Below, piece by piece: positions 1 to 9,218 of a stretch of DNA of 32,000 bases. Both the position numbers and the translations under genes were made by a program. Below the pieces are notes generated by a model. That model was not told the origin of the DNA and did not search any database. It saw only the letters and a list, made by a program, of their open reading frames with translations. The first letter of the stretch is position 1; every line of letters starts with the position of its first letter. Source of the stretch: Flavobacteriaceae bacterium (GTDB lineage Bacteria; Bacteroidota; Bacteroidia; Flavobacteriales; Flavobacteriaceae); NCBI GenBank assembly GCA_965224465.1, contig OZ245049.1:3990001-4022000 (forward strand). The letters run 5' to 3'.

Positions 1-78
1 GAGATTGCAAATTACAAGGGTTGCTACTCTTACTAGTATTCAATCTTTTTGTTGTGTAAATCTAATTTCAATAGCGGT

Positions 79-903
79 TTATATGCTTACTTTTCCTTTA
101 ATATGTGGGTGAGGTTCGTAATTTTCTAAGGTGAAATCTTCAAAAGTAAAGTCAAAAATATTTTTCACTTCTGGGTTTATCTTCATAGTAGGCAAGGGCT
201 TTGGTGTCCTTGAAAGTTGTAGCGCTATTTGTTCTGCATGGTTATTATATATATGTGCATCACCAAAAGTATGGATAAAATCTCCATATTCTAAATCACA
301 GACCTGTGCTACCATCATAGCAAAAAGGGCATAAGAGCTGATGTTAAACGGGACGCCTAGAAAAATATCAGCGCTGCGCTGGTATAACTGGCAAGATAGT
401 TTTCCATTGCTCACATAAAATTGAAAAAATGCATGACAAGGTGGAAGTGCCACTTTTCCATTGGCTACATTTTCTGAGAATGAGACTTCTGTGTCTGGTA
501 AAACGCTTGGGTTCCAAGCGGAAATTAACATACGTCTACTGTTTGGGTTTGTTTTTATGGTGTGAATGAGTTCACTTATTTGATCAATGCCTTCGCTGTT
601 CCAATTTCTCCATTGGTGACCATATACAGGACCTAGGTCTCCGTTTTCGTCTGCCCATGCATTCCAAATATTCACCTTGTTTTCTTTGAGGTACGCAATA
701 TTGGTGTCTCCTTTTAAGAACCATAACAGCTCGTGTATAATGGATTTTAGATGTAGTTTTTTTGTGGTTAACATCGGGAAACCATCATTTAAATCAAAGC
801 GCATTTGATAACCGAATACACTTTTAGTTCCAGTACCTGTTCTATCTCCCTTTTCTATTCCTTTTTCGCTTACATGGCGAATTAGATCTAAGTATTGTTG
901 CAT
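79..903 (-). CDS. thyA: Thymidylate synthase (ThyA type)
   Basis: Full-length 274-aa ORF with an unmistakable ThyA sequence. It has DRTGTGT near the N-terminus, the catalytic-Cys context [13 protein letters not shown], and [12 protein letters not shown]. Confidence 0.95.
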   Translation of the reverse strand: MQQYLDLIRHVSEKGIEKGDRTGTGTKSVFGYQMRFDLNDGFPMLTTKKLHLKSIIHELLWFLKGDTNIAYLKENKVNIWNAWADENGDLGPVYGHQWRNWNSEGIDQISELIHTIKTNPNSRRMLISAWNPSVLPDTEVSFSENVANGKVALPPCHAFFQFYVSNGKLSCQLYQRSADIFLGVPFNISSYALFAMMVAQVCDLEYGDFIHTFGDAHIYNNHAEQIALQLSRTPKPLPTMKINPEVKNIFDFTFEDFTLENYEPHPHIKGKVSI

Positions 904-924
904 AGCAATGTTTTTTTATAATAA

Positions 925-2307
925 TTAGCCAATAATCATTCCTGCAATAGTAGCAGACAATAAAGAGGCAATAGATCCTCCTATTAAAGCTTTAATCCCA
1001 AATTCCGACAATGTTTTCCGTTGTCCTGGAGCCAAGGATCCAATACCTCCAATTTGAATTCCGATGGATGCGAAATTTGCAAATCCGCATAACATATATG
1101 TGGCCATTATTACAGATTTACTATAGGTAAAATGGGTAGCACTTGCCATATTTTTAAGTTCGGCTAATTGGATGTATCCGATAAATTCACTGGCAGCTAA
1201 TTTTATTCCTAAGAGTTGTCCCATCAGCATCATGTCTTCTTTAGCAACCCCTATTAACCACATTAATGGCGCAAAAATAGTTCCTAAAATGGCTTCTAAG
1301 GATAATTCCTGATATGGAGAATTGGACGCTATAAAATCATTTAAATGTGTAACAGATCCAATTTTCCCTAAAATCCCATTCATCATGGCGATGAAAGCAA
1401 CAAATACCAATAACATGGCGCCTACATTAACGGCTAATTTTAGCCCTTCTGTAGTTCCATTGGCGATAGCATCTAAAACATTAGAGCCTATTTTTTCTGA
1501 AGATACTTTTACATCTGTATCTATTTTTTCGGTTTGTGGGTAGAGTATTTTAGAGATTACAATGGCTCCTGGTGCTGCCATTACAGAGGCTGCTAATAGG
1601 TGTTTGGCAAATTTTAATCGCAATACGGGGTCGTTTCCTCCTAGAAAGCCAATATATGCAGCCAATACAGCTCCAGCTACTGTAGCCATTCCTCCAATCA
1701 TTACCAATAGCATTTCAGATTTTGTCAAACGTTCTAAGTAGGCTTTTATCAATAGAGGTGCTTCGGTTTGACCTAGGAATATATTTCCTGCAACGGACAA
1801 GCTTTCTGCTCCTGAAATATGAAGTATTTTAGAAAGTAACATTGCCATTAATTTCACTAAATATTGAATAATTCCGAGATAAAATAGTAGCGAGGTAAGG
1901 GCAGAGAAAAAGATAATGGTAGGCAATACTTGGAAAGCAAATATAAAACCATAAGATTCTATATTCATCATACCTCCAAATAAAAATTCACTTCCCGCTC
2001 TGGTGTAATCTAAAATTTCTACAAAACCACTTCCTACAAATTCAAAAATCCGTTGGATAAAAGGAACTTTTAACACTCCAAATGCTATGATTAATTGGGC
2101 AGAAAGTCCGGCTCCAACTGTTTTCCAATTGATCGCCTTTCGGTTGTTACTTAAAATATAAGCAATTAGTATTAATACAACCATTCCTAAGATTCCTTTC
2201 CATACAGATGTAATGGAAAGTCCTTGACTTTTAATTAATTCTGAGTTTTGTGCTTGTGAAGCGATACTGCTAAGTAAAAGCAATGCTACCGATAATTTTT
2301 TAATCAT
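925..2307 (-). CDS. NupC/CNT-family concentrative nucleoside transporter
   Basis: 460-aa polytopic membrane ORF with CNT-family blocks (GNIFLGQTEAPLLIKAYL, C-terminal CGFANFASIGIQIGGIG). It ends 21 nt before the thyA start on the same strand. Confidence 0.85.
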   Translation of the reverse strand: MIKKLSVALLLLSSIASQAQNSELIKSQGLSITSVWKGILGMVVLILIAYILSNNRKAINWKTVGAGLSAQLIIAFGVLKVPFIQRIFEFVGSGFVEILDYTRAGSEFLFGGMMNIESYGFIFAFQVLPTIIFFSALTSLLFYLGIIQYLVKLMAMLLSKILHISGAESLSVAGNIFLGQTEAPLLIKAYLERLTKSEMLLVMIGGMATVAGAVLAAYIGFLGGNDPVLRLKFAKHLLAASVMAAPGAIVISKILYPQTEKIDTDVKVSSEKIGSNVLDAIANGTTEGLKLAVNVGAMLLVFVAFIAMMNGILGKIGSVTHLNDFIASNSPYQELSLEAILGTIFAPLMWLIGVAKEDMMLMGQLLGIKLAASEFIGYIQLAELKNMASATHFTYSKSVIMATYMLCGFANFASIGIQIGGIGSLAPGQRKTLSEFGIKALIGGSIASLLSATIAGMIIG

Positions 2308-2315
2308 GTGGCTCT

Positions 2316-2933
2316 CTATTTTGAACTTCGTTTTTCGATCTCGTCTCTTAAATTGGCTGCCAATTCATAGTCTTCATCACCAACAGCTTCTTTGAGTTTG
2401 ATATGTAGGTCTTCCAGTGTGTATTGGTCGTAAGCAGATTTTTTTGAATCCGTATCTTCTTCGATGATGTTTTCTATATCGAATTCTTCGGTTTCTAGTT
2501 CTAAGTCTTTTTCTTCTTTTTCATGAAGCTGTACTCCCGCTTTGTCTAAAATGTTTTCATAGGTAAAGATAGGGGCTTTAAAGCGTGTAGCCAATGCAAT
2601 AGCATCCGAGGTTCTTGTGTCGATAATCTCTTCAATTCCATCTCTTTTACAAATAATACTGGAGTAAAAAATACCGTCCACCAATTTATGAATGATTACC
2701 TGAGTGATGACAATGTGAAAACGATCTGCAAAATTCTTGAACAAATCATGAGTTAAAGGTCTTGGAGGTTTTATTTCTTTTTCAAGAGATATGGCAATAG
2801 ATTGTGCTTCAAAAGCACCAATTACGATGGGTAATGTTCTAGAGCCATTCATTTCGATAAGTACTAAAGCATAAGCTCCAGTATGTGTTTGGCTATAAGA
2901 AATTCCTTTTATATTTAATCGAACTAAACTCAT
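2316..2933 (-). CDS. Bifunctional nuclease family protein (BFN/DUF151 domain) with C-terminal UVR-type motif
   Basis: 205-aa ORF. The N-terminal part resembles BFN/DUF151 proteins (LPIVIGAFEAQSIAISLE..PRPLTHDLF) and the C-terminus has a UvrB/C-like helix (DEDYELAANLRDEIEKR). Its stop is 8 nt upstream of the nupC-like start. Confidence 0.75.
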   Translation of the reverse strand: MSLVRLNIKGISYSQTHTGAYALVLIEMNGSRTLPIVIGAFEAQSIAISLEKEIKPPRPLTHDLFKNFADRFHIVITQVIIHKLVDGIFYSSIICKRDGIEEIIDTRTSDAIALATRFKAPIFTYENILDKAGVQLHEKEEKDLELETEEFDIENIIEEDTDSKKSAYDQYTLEDLHIKLKEAVGDEDYELAANLRDEIEKRSSK

Positions 2934-2957
2934 TAAAATTGATTCGGTTTTAAAGTC

Positions 2958-3007
2958 AAAAAAAGACCCTCAATTTAAAGGACAGTAGTGCCTATAAATA
3001 GAGGACC
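2958..3007 (-). terminator. Possible terminator after etfA
   Basis: The minus strand has GGUCCUC ... GAGGGUC (7 bp including two G:U pairs) followed by seven T. The loop is large (29 nt), so this call is weak. Confidence 0.3.
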
Positions 3008-3032
3008 TTTTAGAGCGCCAATTTACTAAAAA

Positions 3033-3995
3033 TTATGCGTTTTGAGCTTTAAATTCTTTTAACTTTTCAATTAATTTAGGAACTACTTCAAATGCATCGC
3101 CCACAATTCCATAATCTGCTGCTTTAAAGAATGGTGCCTCAGGGTCTGTATTGATGACTACCTTTATCTTAGAAGCATTGATTCCTGCTAAATGTTGAAT
3201 GGCGCCAGAGATTCCGATGGCAATGTATAAATTGGAAGCCACGGGCTTTCCTGTTTGTCCTACATGTTCGCTATGTGGTCTCCACCCCAAATCCGAAACA
3301 GGTTTTGAGCAAGCGGTAGCTGCTCCCAATACTTCGGCTAATTCTTCGATCATTCCCCAGTTTTCAGGTCCTTTTAATCCACGACCTCCAGAAACAACAA
3401 TGTCTGCATCTCCAATGGTCACTTTTCCTGTTGTTTTTTCAACGGATGTAACGGATAAACTGTTACCTGTAACTGTAGGGTTGAAGTTTTCAACAACTCC
3501 AGATACTGCATTTTCTATAATTCCATAAGAATTCTTAGCCAAAGCGATTACTTTGGTATCTGTGGATATGTTGGTGTGATTGTATGCCTTGGTAGAGAAT
3601 GCATTTCGTTTTACGGTAAATCCATTGTCTAAATTTGGTAAGGAAACTACATTGGTCGTATATCCTGCATTTAAACCAACAGCGATCATAGGGCCCATGT
3701 ATAATCCGTTGTTTCCAGAATCTATAATTACAACAGTCGCATTTTCAGATTCGGCAGCTTGTTGGACTATAGATGCGTATGATTTGGCGTTGAAGTCTTT
3801 TAATGTATCGTTACTTACACAAAGCACCTTTTCTGCACCGTAATTGAATAATTGATCGTTATCTGCTGCGTTTATAGTTAAGGCAACGGTATTGGTGCCT
3901 AATAATTCTGCTATTTTTTTACCGTAACTGACAACTTCAAAAGCTGTTTTTTTAAATGTTCCTTCCGATGATTCGGCATATATTAATACTGACAT
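3033..3995 (-). CDS. etfA: Electron transfer flavoprotein, alpha subunit
   Basis: 320-aa ORF with the ETF-alpha FAD-binding C-terminal blocks (VVSGGRGLK, RPHSEHVGQTGK, LYIAIGISGAIQHLAG). It lies directly downstream of etfB. Confidence 0.9.
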   Translation of the reverse strand: MSVLIYAESSEGTFKKTAFEVVSYGKKIAELLGTNTVALTINAADNDQLFNYGAEKVLCVSNDTLKDFNAKSYASIVQQAAESENATVVIIDSGNNGLYMGPMIAVGLNAGYTTNVVSLPNLDNGFTVKRNAFSTKAYNHTNISTDTKVIALAKNSYGIIENAVSGVVENFNPTVTGNSLSVTSVEKTTGKVTIGDADIVVSGGRGLKGPENWGMIEELAEVLGAATACSKPVSDLGWRPHSEHVGQTGKPVASNLYIAIGISGAIQHLAGINASKIKVVINTDPEAPFFKAADYGIVGDAFEVVPKLIEKLKEFKAQNA

Positions 3996-4045
3996 AAATT
4001 AATTTTTTTAGGGTTCTTCTTTTAAAAAGAACATGAGTTGATTGA

Positions 4046-4792
4046 TTAGATTACCTTCGCTTCGTTGTGTAATAATGATATTAATTCATCAATATTATCA
4101 GGGGCTACTAATTTTACAGCTCCTCTTACTGCTGGTTTTTCAAAAGAAATACTGGTTGTAGTGTTCGTGCTTTCTATTGGTTCTACTATAGTTAACGGTT
4201 TTTTACGTGCCATCATAATACCTCTCATATTAGGAATGCGTAGGTCTTTTTCTTCAACCAATCCTTTTTGTCCTGCAATTACTAATGGAAGTGCAGCTGT
4301 TATGATTTCTTTTCCTCCGTCTATTTCACGTTCTGCTGTGGCTGTATTTCCTTCGATTTCTAATCCGATACAAGCATTTACAAAATTATAATCTAATAGT
4401 GATGCCAACATTCCAGGAACCATTCCTCCGTTAAAATCAATGGATTCTTTTCCTGTCAATACAAGGTCAAATTCACCTGTTTTTACAACGTTTGCCAATT
4501 GTTTTGCAACTGAAAAACCGTCTGTTGCCTCTGTGTTTACACGGATAGCAGCATCAGCTCCTATTGCTAGCGCTTTGCGTAATGTTGGCTCTGTAGTGTT
4601 ATTCCCTACAGTGACTACAGTAACGGAAGCTCCTTGTTTCTCTTTGAGCCACATAGCGCGTGTCAATGCAAATTCGTCATATGGATTGATTACAAACTGA
4701 ACACCGTTGGTGTCAAACTGTGTATTTTCGTCTTTAAAATTTATTTTTGATGTCGTGTCAGGTACATGACTGATACATACTAATATCTTCAT
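4046..4792 (-). CDS. etfB: Electron transfer flavoprotein, beta subunit
   Basis: 248-aa ORF with a typical ETF-beta N-terminus (MKILVCISHVPDTTSKI) and the usual paired arrangement with etfA. Confidence 0.9.
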   Translation of the reverse strand: MKILVCISHVPDTTSKINFKDENTQFDTNGVQFVINPYDEFALTRAMWLKEKQGASVTVVTVGNNTTEPTLRKALAIGADAAIRVNTEATDGFSVAKQLANVVKTGEFDLVLTGKESIDFNGGMVPGMLASLLDYNFVNACIGLEIEGNTATAEREIDGGKEIITAALPLVIAGQKGLVEEKDLRIPNMRGIMMARKKPLTIVEPIESTNTTTSISFEKPAVRGAVKLVAPDNIDELISLLHNEAKVI

Positions 4793-4927
4793 TTGATGTG
4801 TTTTGAAAATTAGTTAATAGTTTTATTTCTTTTTACGGCTACGAAGTTAAACAAAAAATTTTATAATTACTATGCGTGCATAATAAAATAATTGTATGCA
4901 TTATAATTGTAATAATTAGGAATTGTG

Positions 4928-4935
4928 TATTTTTG
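4928..4935 (+). promoter_or_regulatory. Bacteroidota-type -7 promoter box (TAnnTTTG) for pdhB
   Basis: TATTTTTG lies 20 nt upstream of ATG 4955. Confidence 0.4.
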
Positions 4936-4954
4936 CAAATTCAAAACGAAATAT

Positions 4955-5935
4955 ATGAAGACTATTCAATTTAGAGAGGCTATATGTGAAGCCATGAGTG
5001 AAGAAATGCGTAAAGACGACAGCATTTTTTTAATTGGTGAAGAAGTTGCGGAGTATAACGGAGCTTATAAAGCTTCTAAAGGAATGCTAGATGAGTTTGG
5101 TAAACGTCGTGTGATTGATTCACCGATTGCTGAGCTTGGTTTTGCTGGTATTTCTGTTGGATCTGCAATGAACGGTACAAGACCGATTGTTGAGTTTATG
5201 ACTTTTAACTTTGCACTAGTTGGGATTGACCAAATTATAAATAATGCTGCTAAAATTAGACAAATGTCTGGTGGGCAGTTGAACTGTCCAATCGTTTTTC
5301 GTGGTCCTACAGGATCTGCGGGACAGTTAGGAGCTACGCATTCTCAGGCTTTTGAGAACTGGTTTGCAAATACCCCTGGTTTAAAGGTAATTGTACCTTC
5401 TAATCCTTATGATGCAAAAGGATTGTTAAAAGCTGCTATTAGAGATAATGATCCAGTTATCTTTATGGAGTCGGAACAAATGTATGGTGATAAAGGTGAA
5501 GTGCCAGAAGGTGATTATGTATTGCCAATTGGTAAAGCAGATGTTAAGAGAGTAGGAACAGATGTAACTATTGTTACCTTTGGGAAAATAATTAAAGAAG
5601 CTTTTAAAGCTGCAGATATTCTTGAAAAAGAAGGGATTTCTATTGAGATTATTGATTTAATGACAGTTCGTCCAATGGATCATGAAACTATTTTAGAATC
5701 AGTAAGAAAAACCAATAGATTGGTTATTTTAGAAGAAGCTTGGCCTTTTGCTAGTGTAGCTTCAGAAATTACGTATCAAGTTCAAGATAAAGCTTTTGAT
5801 CACTTAGATGCGCCTATTAAGAGAATTACTACTGCAGATACTCCTGCGCCGTACTCTCCAGGATTATTAGCAGAGTGGTTGCCAAATGCAAATGATGTTG
5901 TGAAGGCGGTAAAAGAGGCAATGTATATAAAATAA
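4955..5935 (+). CDS. pdhB: Pyruvate dehydrogenase (acetyl-transferring) E1 component, beta subunit
   Basis: Transketolase-like pyrimidine-binding plus C-terminal domain sequence (IGEEVAEYNGAYK, SPIAELGFAG, FMTFNF). The ORF track starts at GTG 4925, but that stretch overlaps a TAnnTTTG promoter box (4928-4935). ATG 4955 gives the typical N-terminus MKTIQFREA. Confidence 0.85.
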   Translation: MKTIQFREAICEAMSEEMRKDDSIFLIGEEVAEYNGAYKASKGMLDEFGKRRVIDSPIAELGFAGISVGSAMNGTRPIVEFMTFNFALVGIDQIINNAAKIRQMSGGQLNCPIVFRGPTGSAGQLGATHSQAFENWFANTPGLKVIVPSNPYDAKGLLKAAIRDNDPVIFMESEQMYGDKGEVPEGDYVLPIGKADVKRVGTDVTIVTFGKIIKEAFKAADILEKEGISIEIIDLMTVRPMDHETILESVRKTNRLVILEEAWPFASVASEITYQVQDKAFDHLDAPIKRITTADTPAPYSPGLLAEWLPNANDVVKAVKEAMYIK

Positions 5936-5954
5936 AGGCATAATTTTTGCGTTT

Positions 5955-5990
5955 AAATTCCTTTCAGGTGTACCTGAAAGGAATTTTCAT
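5955..5990 (+). terminator. Intrinsic terminator after pdhB
   Basis: Perfect 14-bp hairpin AAATTCCTTTCAGG tgta CCTGAAAGGAATTT followed by a T-rich tail. Confidence 0.7.
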
Positions 5991-6010
5991 TTATAAAAAG
6001 ATTGAATTAT

Positions 6011-8500
6011 ATGGGGAAAAAATACGTTATTACAATATGTTTAGGATTCATTGGAGTATATACCCTGTTAGGCCAAGTTAAAATTGGAGGTCTAGTGGTG
6101 GATCAAAATAATGAACCTATTCCCTTCGCAAATGTAATTTTTACAAACTCTAGTGAAGGGACTGTTTCCGATGAAAATGGAACGTTCTACTTACAATCAA
6201 AAAACAACTATAAGGTTATAGAAGTTAGTTTTTTAGGGTATAAAACAAAAACACATACGATCAAATCTAGAGATTTACAATTGCGAATTGTACTAGAAGA
6301 AGCTGCAGCGGTTTTGAATGAAATAGTGCTTTATAGTGGTAAAATAAAAAAGAAAGGAAATCCAGCTATTGCTATTTTGAAAAAAGTGTGGGCAAAAAAA
6401 CGCCAAAACGGAATCTATTTATTTGATAGATACGAATATAAAAAATACGAGAAATTAGAGTTTGATTTGAACAATATAGACAGTGCTATGATTCATAGTA
6501 AATTGTTTAAAAATATGGAGTTTATTTTTAAAGGAATAGACACGTCCCGTATTACAGGGAAAGCTTTTTTACCTATTTTTATCAACGAGTCTGTTTATGA
6601 TGTATATGGAAATAATAAAACCAATAGGGTTCGGGAAGATATTATTGCCAATCGTAATTCTGGGTTTAGTGCCAATCAAAATATTATTTCATTTATAAAA
6701 GATCTCTACGTAGACTATAATATATATGATAGTTATATTAAGATATTTGACAAGAGCTTTGCGAGTCCTATCTCTAGAGTTGGTGTTTCTACCTATAATT
6801 ATATATTGACAGATAGTGCTTATATAGAAAGTAAATGGTGTTATAATATTGTCTATTACCCTAGGCGTAAAAACGAATTGACTTTTAAAGGTGATTTTTG
6901 GGTAAACGACACCACTTTTGCGGTGAAAGAAATTAATATGAAAGCCACTAGAAGTGCTAATATAAACTGGGTAAAAGACATTTATATTGAGCAAGAGTAT
7001 GAGGTGTTGAGTGATTCTGTGTTTTTATTAAAGAAAGACTATATGATGTCTAATTTTAGCTTTAATAAAAAAGACAAAGCCAAAGGAGTGTATGGTAAGC
7101 GAACCACCATGTATAAAAATTATGCGTTTGATGTAGAAAAAACAAATAAGTTTTACGCTACAGAAATTGATGTGTATGATGATAAAATCTATAAACAGAA
7201 TGATGAGTTTTGGGATGAGAATCGTCAAGAAGTATTGAGCGAAAACGAAAAAGGGATATACAAAATGTTAGACACCTTAAAAACAGTCCCCAAGTTTAAG
7301 CGCATGTATAATTTGGTGTCTATTTTAGGCTCTGGATATATTGAATTTAATAATTTTGATTACGGCCCTATTTTTTCGTCTTTTGGGATGAATGATGTAG
7401 AAGGTGTTCGACTAAGAATAGGAGGGAGAACCTATTTTAGTCAAAATGATAAATGGAGAATTCAAAGTTATTTAGCTTATGGGTTTAAAGATGAGAAATT
7501 TAAGTATGGGGTTTCAGGGAAGTGGATGTTTAATACTAAGAATCGATTTATAATAGGAGGAGGAAATCGTCGAGATGTAGAGCAGATAGCTGTAAGCTTA
7601 ACCACTACCAACGATGTTCTTGGGCGTAGTTTTGCCTCTTCGGCAGTTTTTGCAAGTGGAGATAACAGTAAGTTAACCTCTATTAATTTATCCAATGCTT
7701 ATTTAAGTATGGAGCCAAAGAAAAATTTATTATTTAGGGTAGGAGCTTCATATCGTACCTTAAAAACAGCATCGCCTAGTACCTTTAATCTGGATTATTA
7801 TACCGCTGTAAATAAAATGGAGACCAAGAGTGAACTAGTACAGTCCGAAGTTGATTTCTCTGTAAAATATACTCCGCATAAAAAAACGATTGGAAATGGG
7901 GTGGAGCGTACCAAAGTAAATGCGGCATATCCTACTTTTTTTGCCAGTTATTCCAGAGGGTTAAAAGGGGTAATCAACAGTGATTTTGACTATCAAAAAG
8001 TACAATTTTATTACAATCAACCGTTTCAAATAGGTGGTATTGGGAGAACAACAACAACTTTTGAATTAGGGAAAACGTTTGGAGAAGTACCTTTAGGCTT
8101 GTTAAATGTGGTGCCAGGGAATCAATCGTATTTTACCATTGCAAATACCTACGCATTATTGGATTATTATGAGTTTGTGACCGATAGTTATGCTTCTTTA
8201 CATGTGGAACATAATTTTAATGGGCGTATATTGTCTCGTATTCCGCTACTTAGAGCGTTGAATTTGAGGGAGATAATTGGTGTAAAAGCGTTGTACGGAA
8301 CTATTTCTGATGAAAATATTGCATTAAATGCGTCAAATATTAACTATATTGCGCCCGATAAAGGATATTATGAGTATAGTCTAGGGATAGGCAATATATT
8401 TAAAGTGTTAAGAATCGACTTTTCTTGGAGAGGAAGCTATATGAACACTCCTAATGCTAATAAATTTGTTGTAAAAGGGGCGTTTGGTTTTTATTTCTAA
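6011..8500 (+). CDS. CarboxypepD_reg-like domain / DUF5686-type protein (function unknown)
   Basis: Signal-like N-terminus followed by a carboxypeptidase-regulatory-like fold sequence (VVDQNNEPIPFANVIFTNSSEGTVSDENGTFYL..VSFLGYKT). The long C-terminal region has a beta-strand-rich end (..VVKGAFGFYF). I prefer the ATG at 6011 over the TTG at 6002 in the ORF track. Confidence 0.7.
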   Translation: MGKKYVITICLGFIGVYTLLGQVKIGGLVVDQNNEPIPFANVIFTNSSEGTVSDENGTFYLQSKNNYKVIEVSFLGYKTKTHTIKSRDLQLRIVLEEAAAVLNEIVLYSGKIKKKGNPAIAILKKVWAKKRQNGIYLFDRYEYKKYEKLEFDLNNIDSAMIHSKLFKNMEFIFKGIDTSRITGKAFLPIFINESVYDVYGNNKTNRVREDIIANRNSGFSANQNIISFIKDLYVDYNIYDSYIKIFDKSFASPISRVGVSTYNYILTDSAYIESKWCYNIVYYPRRKNELTFKGDFWVNDTTFAVKEINMKATRSANINWVKDIYIEQEYEVLSDSVFLLKKDYMMSNFSFNKKDKAKGVYGKRTTMYKNYAFDVEKTNKFYATEIDVYDDKIYKQNDEFWDENRQEVLSENEKGIYKMLDTLKTVPKFKRMYNLVSILGSGYIEFNNFDYGPIFSSFGMNDVEGVRLRIGGRTYFSQNDKWRIQSYLAYGFKDEKFKYGVSGKWMFNTKNRFIIGGGNRRDVEQIAVSLTTTNDVLGRSFASSAVFASGDNSKLTSINLSNAYLSMEPKKNLLFRVGASYRTLKTASPSTFNLDYYTAVNKMETKSELVQSEVDFSVKYTPHKKTIGNGVERTKVNAAYPTFFASYSRGLKGVINSDFDYQKVQFYYNQPFQIGGIGRTTTTFELGKTFGEVPLGLLNVVPGNQSYFTIANTYALLDYYEFVTDSYASLHVEHNFNGRILSRIPLLRALNLREIIGVKALYGTISDENIALNASNINYIAPDKGYYEYSLGIGNIFKVLRIDFSWRGSYMNTPNANKFVVKGAFGFYF

Positions 8501-8556
8501 AAAGAACTAACAGAATTAAAATTACTGAGTTATTTGTATAACTTTATACTAAACTA

Positions 8557-9096
8557 ATGACAAAAAAAATGAGTGCCACACCTAGAAGAACATTCGATGT
8601 TCTAATTGAAATTCCAAAAGGGAGTAGAAATAAATATGAATACGATTTTGTATTGCATAAAATTCGTTTTGATCGTATGTTATTTTCATCTATGATGTAC
8701 CCTGGAGATTATGGATTTATTCCTGAAACATTGGCATTGGACAAGGATCCTTTGGATGTATTGGTGTTAGGACATGAGCCTACATTTCCAATGTGTGTGA
8801 TGGAAGTAAAACCTATTGGAGTATTCCATATGGCTGATGAGAAAGGACCAGATGAGAAAATTATTTGTGTGCCTGTGTCTGACCCTATTTGGAATCGTTT
8901 AGATAATTTATCTGATATGAATCAGCATCAAGTAAAAGAGATAGAACACTTTTTTCAAGTTTATAAAGATTTAGAAGATAAAAAAGTAGCAGTAGGTGGA
9001 TGGGGTAATTCCGAGGAAGCCTATAATTTAATTGATGAATCAATTGCACGTTACGAAAAAAGTGAACATAAGAAAAATCGTAATTTCACGATTTAG
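8557..9096 (+). CDS. ppa: Inorganic pyrophosphatase, soluble family I
   Basis: 179-aa ORF with family I PPase blocks (EIPKGSRNKYEYD, YPGDYGFIPETL, DPLDVLVL, DEKIICVP). An alternative start at the second ATG (MSATP) is possible. Confidence 0.9.
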   Translation: MTKKMSATPRRTFDVLIEIPKGSRNKYEYDFVLHKIRFDRMLFSSMMYPGDYGFIPETLALDKDPLDVLVLGHEPTFPMCVMEVKPIGVFHMADEKGPDEKIICVPVSDPIWNRLDNLSDMNQHQVKEIEHFFQVYKDLEDKKVAVGGWGNSEEAYNLIDESIARYEKSEHKKNRNFTI

Positions 9097-9115
9097 AACT
9101 GTCATAAATACATAT

Positions 9116-9152
9116 AAAAAACCACCTTTATTTTTAAAAGGTGGTTTTTTTT
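9116..9152 (+). terminator. Intrinsic terminator after ppa
   Basis: AAAAACCACCTTT ... AAAGGTGGTTTTTTTT, a GC-containing stem with a long T-run. It separates ppa from hppA transcription. Confidence 0.75.
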
Positions 9153-9218
9153 GTTTTAAACTATTTTAGTACATTAGCAAGGAATCAAAGAAAAATTAAT
9201 TAAACTCAACAAAAAAAC

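Noticed and set aside
4861-4912. AT-rich imperfect palindromes (TATGCgtGCATA, ATGCAT) and duplicated TTATAATT in the etfB-pdhB divergent region.
   Set aside because: Such short palindromes are expected by chance in very AT-rich intergenic DNA, and no phasing or nearby regulator gene supports an operator call.
4925-4954. GTG start for pdhB, and likewise the TTG start at 6002 for the DUF5686 gene, as given in the ORF track.
   Set aside because: The 4925-4954 stretch contains the TATTTTTG promoter box, and its peptide (MYFCKFKTKY) is not part of E1-beta proteins. ATG 4955 gives the canonical N-terminus. For the second gene, ATG 6011 is the first ATG and precedes the signal-like segment.
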